From the sequence record LC727698.1: 64,000 nt of DNA; one strand, written 5' to 3'. The translations under genes and the position numbers were made by a program. Positions 59,288 through 64,000 of the stretch are shown here, piece by piece (the stretch's first letter is position 1; each line of letters opens with the position of its first letter). The notes below the pieces were generated by a model, which had not been told where the DNA came from, made no database searches, and worked only from the letters and a program-made list of their open reading frames with translations.

Positions 59288-59486
59288 CAAAACAACAGAC
59301 ATGCTGGTAGATGAATTTCTGTGCGAGCGTGCATCTTTTTCTCCGTTTAGCGAAGGTGTTCATGCAGCTAAACTAGGGCAGAAATATACAGACTGCCCGT
59401 ATACCAAAAATGAGCCGTATGAACGTAACGAATGGATTCGAGGACATCAAATGTGGCATGATTATTCTGTTCAACAATACAAATAA
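59280..59486 (+). CDS. Rmf/CrpP-fold small protein
   Basis: FSEGVHAAKLG....DCPY......RNEWIRGH parallels RMF RGYQAGIAG....CPY...RSQWLGGW. Confidence 0.6.
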   Translation: MSNKTTDMLVDEFLCERASFSPFSEGVHAAKLGQKYTDCPYTKNEPYERNEWIRGHQMWHDYSVQQYK

Positions 59487-59501
59487 TATTCAGAGGATAT
59501 T

Positions 59502-59705
59502 ATGAAGAAACTATCTATGTGCGATTTTGCCAAATGGAAGGCAAACTATTACAGCACTAATAAATCCGGTCAGCCACTCCGGCTAGGACAAGCATTTATT
59601 AACGAATTTTCCGAACAGGGTGATATGCCTCAGCCAAATCTATATTATGAAGAAGATAATGCAACTGCTGAGCTTATCATTCTAGAAAAATACATTATAT
59701 ACTAA
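59502..59705 (+). CDS. Hypothetical protein
   Basis: GAGG RBS; RLGQAF.N....LYYE motif common in phages (recall). Confidence 0.75.
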   Translation: MKKLSMCDFAKWKANYYSTNKSGQPLRLGQAFINEFSEQGDMPQPNLYYEEDNATAELIILEKYIIY

Positions 59706-59715
59706 GGAAGTAGTA

Positions 59716-59910
59716 ATGTATCTTGCACACCTATTCGCTTTGGTCCCGTCTATGTTTGCAGTATTAATTAATGCTATCTTTATTAAATACGGTTTGGGAC
59801 CTGCTTCTATAATAGTATTTATGGCCTTAGTTGTAACTGTAACAGGAATTGGGTCTGTAATAGATATGATGCGTGCATTGTCTGAAGTAGACAATATTAT
59901 TGATAGATAG
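59716..59910 (+). CDS. Small membrane protein (2 TM)
   Basis: AAGGA RBS; hydrophobic. Confidence 0.65.
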   Translation: MYLAHLFALVPSMFAVLINAIFIKYGLGPASIIVFMALVVTVTGIGSVIDMMRALSEVDNIIDR

Positions 59911-59935
59911 TATTTATGTATGCATAAGAGAACTT

Positions 59936-60235
59936 ATGAAACTCAACGAAGTTACTACAATTTCTGATCTAGACAATATTCCTGTCACTGACAAATTTAT
60001 AGTTGTCGGCGAAGATATGGTAGGTCTTGCTTTTATCGATAACGATGGAAAGTTAAATGATGGATTCTTTTTTGAGTGTACTTATACTCAGAATAAGGAA
60101 CAAATATTTAAAGCTGTTCAACATTTAAAAAAACAAGTAGATGAATTAAATAATTGTAATAAAGAGAAAGTTATAGCACATATCATGCGAGCTCCTGAGT
60201 TTGCATATGTTTGGGTATACTTTGAACAAAAATAA
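59936..60235 (+). CDS. Hypothetical protein
   Basis: Start set at MKLNEV. Confidence 0.6.
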   Translation: MKLNEVTTISDLDNIPVTDKFIVVGEDMVGLAFIDNDGKLNDGFFFECTYTQNKEQIFKAVQHLKKQVDELNNCNKEKVIAHIMRAPEFAYVWVYFEQK

Positions 60236-60258
60236 TAGTTCTATATTTTTTGATATAT

Positions 60259-60283
60259 GCAAACGCAAATAATTAGAATTTGC
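60259..60283. promoter_or_regulatory. Fur-box-like operator (divergent)
   Basis: GCA-AACGCAAAT-A-ATTAGAATT-TGC. Confidence 0.4.
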
Positions 60284-60517
60284 AGAACCTGTTACAAACT
60301 TTCTGTTTATATAAAATACAATCATGCTATAATAGTTTATAATAAAACTGTAAGCATATAGCACCAAAAGAACAAAGATGAAGTTCATTCTTTGTCTAAA
60401 GATTAAGTTTGCTGAGAATTTTGATAAGAAACTTCAACTGCTAGATATTATATCAATAGTGCATTTATCATGCATTGAACAGAAAAGAAGTACTCTTTTA
60501 TCTACGAGGAAAAGCAA

Positions 60518-60733
60518 ATGAAATACAAAATCATTCTTCAAAACCGTAGCAATGATGTTGTCGCTGAATTTTCGGTAGATAACGAAATTAACCCCGAGAT
60601 CATGGATACTTCTATTATTGTTCATGAAAGGACATCGTATATGTACACTGGCTCAGGCGGTTCTTACTACGATACCATTTATTTTAGTGAAATATATAAG
60701 ACCACTAACACGACAGACTTGTCGTTGCTATAA
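60518..60733 (+). CDS. Hypothetical protein
   Basis: GAGGA RBS. Confidence 0.7.
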   Translation: MKYKIILQNRSNDVVAEFSVDNEINPEIMDTSIIVHERTSYMYTGSGGSYYDTIYFSEIYKTTNTTDLSLL

Positions 60734-60806
60734 CAGAAAACGCTTTACAATAGCTCTAAATGTGCTATTATGTAGTTGTACATAAAACAACGCAGGAGAT
60801 TATATC

Positions 60807-61004
60807 ATGCGTAGCACACTCGGAGTAGAACATGCATCGAGAGAAATTCTTTCTGCATGGGTCGATGTAATGCAGCAACTCAACTGTGAGCATTTCTATA
60901 GCGAACTGAAAGACAATGCAGTTCGCTTAGATTTACAGGAATATATGTATACTGAACGTCTCGTTCAATATTATACAGATCTTCCAGTCACTAATGCTGT
61001 TTGA
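60807..61004 (+). CDS. Hypothetical protein
   Basis: AGGAG RBS; promoter TTTACA-N16-TATTAT at 60744-60771. Confidence 0.7.
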   Translation: MRSTLGVEHASREILSAWVDVMQQLNCEHFYSELKDNAVRLDLQEYMYTERLVQYYTDLPVTNAV

Positions 61005-61025
61005 TGCCTTCGTCGGGCGTGAACT

Positions 61026-61060
61026 ACATTCAAAAGGAAAGGACCTTTCCTTTTGAATGT
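61026..61060. terminator. Palindromic terminator
   Basis: 17-bp arms ACATTCAAAAGGAAAGG-A-CCTTTCCTTTTGAATGT. Confidence 0.85.
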
Positions 61061-61173
61061 TAAGTGTAAGTGCAAATTAATCTTATTTACTTGTTACAAT
61101 TTAGTTCTTGAATTCACACATAATAGTATGTATAGTTTTAATATATAAGATACCAACATGCGAGGTTGTAAAA

Positions 61174-61626
61174 ATGAAACTTCATAATATGAATGGTAAT
61201 ATTTTTATTCGGTTTGAAGTAGATACTTCGTCGGATAATTTTGTAGAAAAAGTTTACGAAGAAATTATGCAGCTTCCTGCAAAATTGTATTTCGAAAAGA
61301 TAGAACGTAGAACTTGGTTCTGTAGCTTTTACACAGGCTACGACGAATTGGTAGAATTCGTTAATGAAATAAAAGACAGAGTTAGTTCAGAAGGTGTTTT
61401 CTTTGACAGACCATTGCAGCTAACTCTTATCAATTCGGGTGGGGTAGAAGTAAATATTTCCGATATAGAACCAGATCTTCACTATCTCTTTGATAACGAT
61501 ATTACAACTACAAAACTCATCACTATGGAAGGATCTTGCAATATGGTAGATTTGCTCATGTGCGAATGGGTACCTATTAGCATCCGAACTTCCATTGCTA
61601 AGGCATTTACTGACAAATTTTTGTAA
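61174..61626 (+). CDS. Hypothetical acidic protein
   Basis: GAGG RBS before MKLHN. Confidence 0.7.
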   Translation: MKLHNMNGNIFIRFEVDTSSDNFVEKVYEEIMQLPAKLYFEKIERRTWFCSFYTGYDELVEFVNEIKDRVSSEGVFFDRPLQLTLINSGGVEVNISDIEPDLHYLFDNDITTTKLITMEGSCNMVDLLMCEWVPISIRTSIAKAFTDKFL

Positions 61627-61718
61627 TAAAATACCTGTTGACGCATATAGCAATATGCGCAATAATATGCACGAAAGCAAGAACAGATCCAAATAACCTT
61701 TTTATAAGAGATTATATT

Positions 61719-62366
61719 ATGTCTAAGTATCTTTCTTTTAGCGTAAACGTAGACATGGACAACGCTGGTCTGCTGAAATGGTTGCGTCCTACCACCGGAC
61801 GGCTAGATGGATTCGAAGAGAGTGTTAAAAACTTCGTTTCTTCTTTCCGCTCAATTGAGTCTAGCCCCACAGTGTTTCAAGTTTACGACGATGATAATCA
61901 GCCGTTGCAAGTAAGCAACATGAGCTGCTTCTTCCGGTACTATCCGGTGTATGGTATGTGCCTTGCACCGGGTTCGATGGTTAAGGAACAATATCGTCGG
62001 GAGATCCTCGACTACACTACTGACGAGTTCTGTTCATTCAGTAACTACTTCAGCGACGGCAAGGCAATCCGCGGCGGGGCAGTCTTGTGGTGGGATGTAG
62101 AGAAAGACTTAGTATGGTCTGTTAGTCCCGAATTGATTCGCCTTGTATATGCCCGCTTGCAAAGCGATATGGATATCGGATGGTATCATCTCGGGCAAGA
62201 AGTTATGGCTGTTGTTCCCCTTCGTTCGTATCCCAATGATGTTGCCCGATGGAAATATGTACAGGGTAATATCTGCGGCATCGATGATCAAGTAAGCATT
62301 CGCAGCAATGTCGACGGTCGAGTCACCCGGCTTAACTGGGAATACATCGTAACCCAAGGAGGCTGA
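61719..62366 (+). CDS. Hypothetical protein, partly host-type codons
   Basis: Start set at MSKYLSF. Confidence 0.75.
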   Translation: MSKYLSFSVNVDMDNAGLLKWLRPTTGRLDGFEESVKNFVSSFRSIESSPTVFQVYDDDNQPLQVSNMSCFFRYYPVYGMCLAPGSMVKEQYRREILDYTTDEFCSFSNYFSDGKAIRGGAVLWWDVEKDLVWSVSPELIRLVYARLQSDMDIGWYHLGQEVMAVVPLRSYPNDVARWKYVQGNICGIDDQVSIRSNVDGRVTRLNWEYIVTQGG

Positions 62367-62367
62367 T

Positions 62368-62595
62368 ATGGGCGGTCTTGCTAATATAATTGCATGCATA
62401 GCTTCTATTGTTGCAATTGTTACTGGAAATATCTGGTATTTTATTGCACTATTGCTATGCACAGCATTTATGTCTCCCGAACGAAAAGGATCATTAATTG
62501 ATGTATTTTCGTTCATTGTAGGGATTGTTGCTATATTTAACGGAGACATTGCATGGGGCATAGTGTTCATAGCATTAGTGACAATAGTTAAATAG
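62368..62595 (+). CDS. Small membrane protein with internal duplication
   Basis: GGAGG RBS; ASIVAIVTGNIWYFIALLL repeated as VGIVAIFNGDIAWGIVFI. Confidence 0.7.
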   Translation: MGGLANIIACIASIVAIVTGNIWYFIALLLCTAFMSPERKGSLIDVFSFIVGIVAIFNGDIAWGIVFIALVTIVK

Positions 62596-62624
62596 AAAGG
62601 AAGGGGTTTAACCCCTTCCTTTCT
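62594..62624. terminator. Palindromic terminator
   Basis: AGAAAGGAAGGGGTT-T-AACCCCTTCCTTTCT. Confidence 0.85.
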
Positions 62625-63029
62625 TTGCAGGTGTTAAATGTCATCGATTTTTTATCTTAGCGAATTAACAGAATACATAGAAATTTTAAACAATAAAAGA
62701 ATAAAAATAAGTTCCAAGACATATTCTATAGGATATGTATCACTAGAAACACCTCGGCGCACATTTTACTGGACACTTTTTGGATGAAATACAATAATCA
62801 TATCTAAATAGCTACCTACCTTTATATCAAAAACCATTCTATGAAATATATTTCCTAAATCATATTACAAAAGTTATATTTGAATTTTGGATTCTTATCT
62901 CAACCTTGCATTGCAATATAAAATGCGAATATGAGTGTGCTATATATATTTGCATACGCATGTACATATGCATAAGCGTATTGAGAAAAACAATTTATTT
63001 TATTCTATACGATTATCTTTAATACCTAT

Positions 63030-63374
63030 ATGTTGTTTGATAATAAAAGTATAATAAGTAAAAGACATTATCCATTGTATAATGGTTTTAATATATTTCG
63101 CTGTAGTGTCGGATGTATATATTTTTCATATGATAAAATGTCATTTATTCACGACATATTCATGCAAACCATTTCGTTGTTCCTTACGACGTTATTATTG
63201 TTTTTACTTATAACTCCTTTATATTATATAGGATTGAAAAATCCAGTCAATATAACTACATTTGTTTCGTGTTTAATAATAACCATTCTTATAACAAGTT
63301 ATTATTTTATGTCAGTTTTGACTTATATATTCTGTATTACTGTTCAGTCAAAAATTTATAAAAGAAAGAAATAA
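63030..63374 (+). CDS. Hypothetical membrane protein
   Basis: Two C-terminal hydrophobic helices; weak RBS. Confidence 0.35.
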   Translation: MLFDNKSIISKRHYPLYNGFNIFRCSVGCIYFSYDKMSFIHDIFMQTISLFLTTLLLFLLITPLYYIGLKNPVNITTFVSCLIITILITSYYFMSVLTYIFCITVQSKIYKRKK

Positions 63375-63381
63375 TTTAGTT

Positions 63382-63435
63382 TCTTTTTCAATATCTTTTT
63401 CTTTTTCAATATCTTTTTCTTTTTCAATATCTTTT
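63382..63435. repeat. 18-bp pyrimidine-rich tandem repeat (3 copies)
   Basis: TCTTTTTCAATATCTTTT at 63382, 63400, 63418. Confidence 0.9.
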
Positions 63436-63459
63436 TCTTTATCTTTTATCATTGCAAAT

Positions 63460-63570
63460 ACAAATAATAATTATTCTTATTTGCATTTAGTGATGTAAAT
63501 AATTCTTATTTGTATTTGCGATTAATTCTTATTTGCTACAATAGATAGAATAAGAATAATTCACATTTGC
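63460..63570. promoter_or_regulatory. Cluster of four Fur-box-like operators
   Basis: AATAATAAT-T-ATTCTTATT (63463-81), GATGTAAAT-A-ATTCTTATT (63492-510), TTTGCGATT-A-ATTCTTATT (63515-33), AATAAGAAT-A-ATTCACATT (63549-67). Confidence 0.55.
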
Positions 63571-63857
63571 AATGCCGCTAAAAGCGCTGTAAGCGCTGTA
63601 TGTTGCGTAGTAGTGCTAAGCAATGCGTTAGTACAGCTACGCGCACAAACGCTGTTATGCGCGCTTGTAGCGCGTTTTAGGGCCCATGCGCATGCGTATA
63701 CCTGTAGCTTTACATAGTAAAATGCAGAAAAGACGTCGTCTATTAACGTGCCTGTCTTAATAGAAATATACAATTGTACAATACCAGCGAAATCCTACAC
63801 ACTACAGACATGCAAACAAGCAACGTGCTTGCAAGCATAAAAGTTTTTAAAAAGTAG

Positions 63858-63886
63858 TAGACACAGTGTAGCATCCCTAGTAAGCT
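63858..63886 (+). promoter_or_regulatory. Sigma70-type promoter
   Basis: TAGACA-N17-TAAGCT. Confidence 0.6.
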
Positions 63887-63918
63887 ACACACATAAACAA
63901 CACAACGGAGTACAAGCT

Positions 63919-64000
63919 ATGTCTAATGTAAGCATCCCTGCTGTAACGGTAGAGAACATCAGCACCCTGCGCATCGTGCGCACCGCTAACAAAGAGGTCG
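63919..64000 (+). CDS. GC-rich early gene, 3'-truncated by window edge
   Basis: GGAG RBS; MSNVSIPAVTVENISTLRIVRTANKEV... Confidence 0.7.
   Translation, partial: MSNVSIPAVTVENISTLRIVRTANKEV

Overview
AT-rich (roughly 30% GC by eye) segment of a lytic jumbo phage, most likely infecting a high-GC host such as Pseudomonas. Several genes have strongly GC-rich host-type codon usage, and one block resembles Pseudomonas prophage DNA. The overall look recalls PA5oct-like giant myoviruses; that is recall only and needs BLASTN. No integrase, transposase, rRNA or CRISPR array was seen. Layout: (1) 1-16 kb holds two AAA+ ATPases, a degenerate oxidoreductase pair, a SleB-type cell-wall hydrolase, and a divergent late-promoter cassette with two HExxH proteins and a small protein that all carry a T4-like 10-residue capsid-targeting leader. 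(2) 18.6-22.9 kb holds 12 tRNA genes, mostly for A-ending codons, including two tRNA-Ile2(CAU); a phage TilS, a TraR/DksA-like protein, an HD-like protein and an SGNH esterase follow. (3) About 16.4-44.7 kb carries a huge array of divergent small paralogous ORFs built from a ~45-aa repeat, surrounding an iteron-like repeat region where GC skew flips (putative origin, 37.5-38.1 kb). (4) 44.7-64 kb is an early region driven by host sigma70 promoters, with at least three ORF-free structured ncRNA candidates, about 13 Fur-box-like 19-bp operators and an acquired GC-rich prophage-like block. The most unusual unexplained signal is a set of 80-200-nt islands, mostly at sigma70 promoters, that completely lack GA/TC and GG/CC dinucleotides, suggesting avoidance of a context-specific DNA modification or damage. 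All coordinates, pairings and counts were done by hand; no searches were run.
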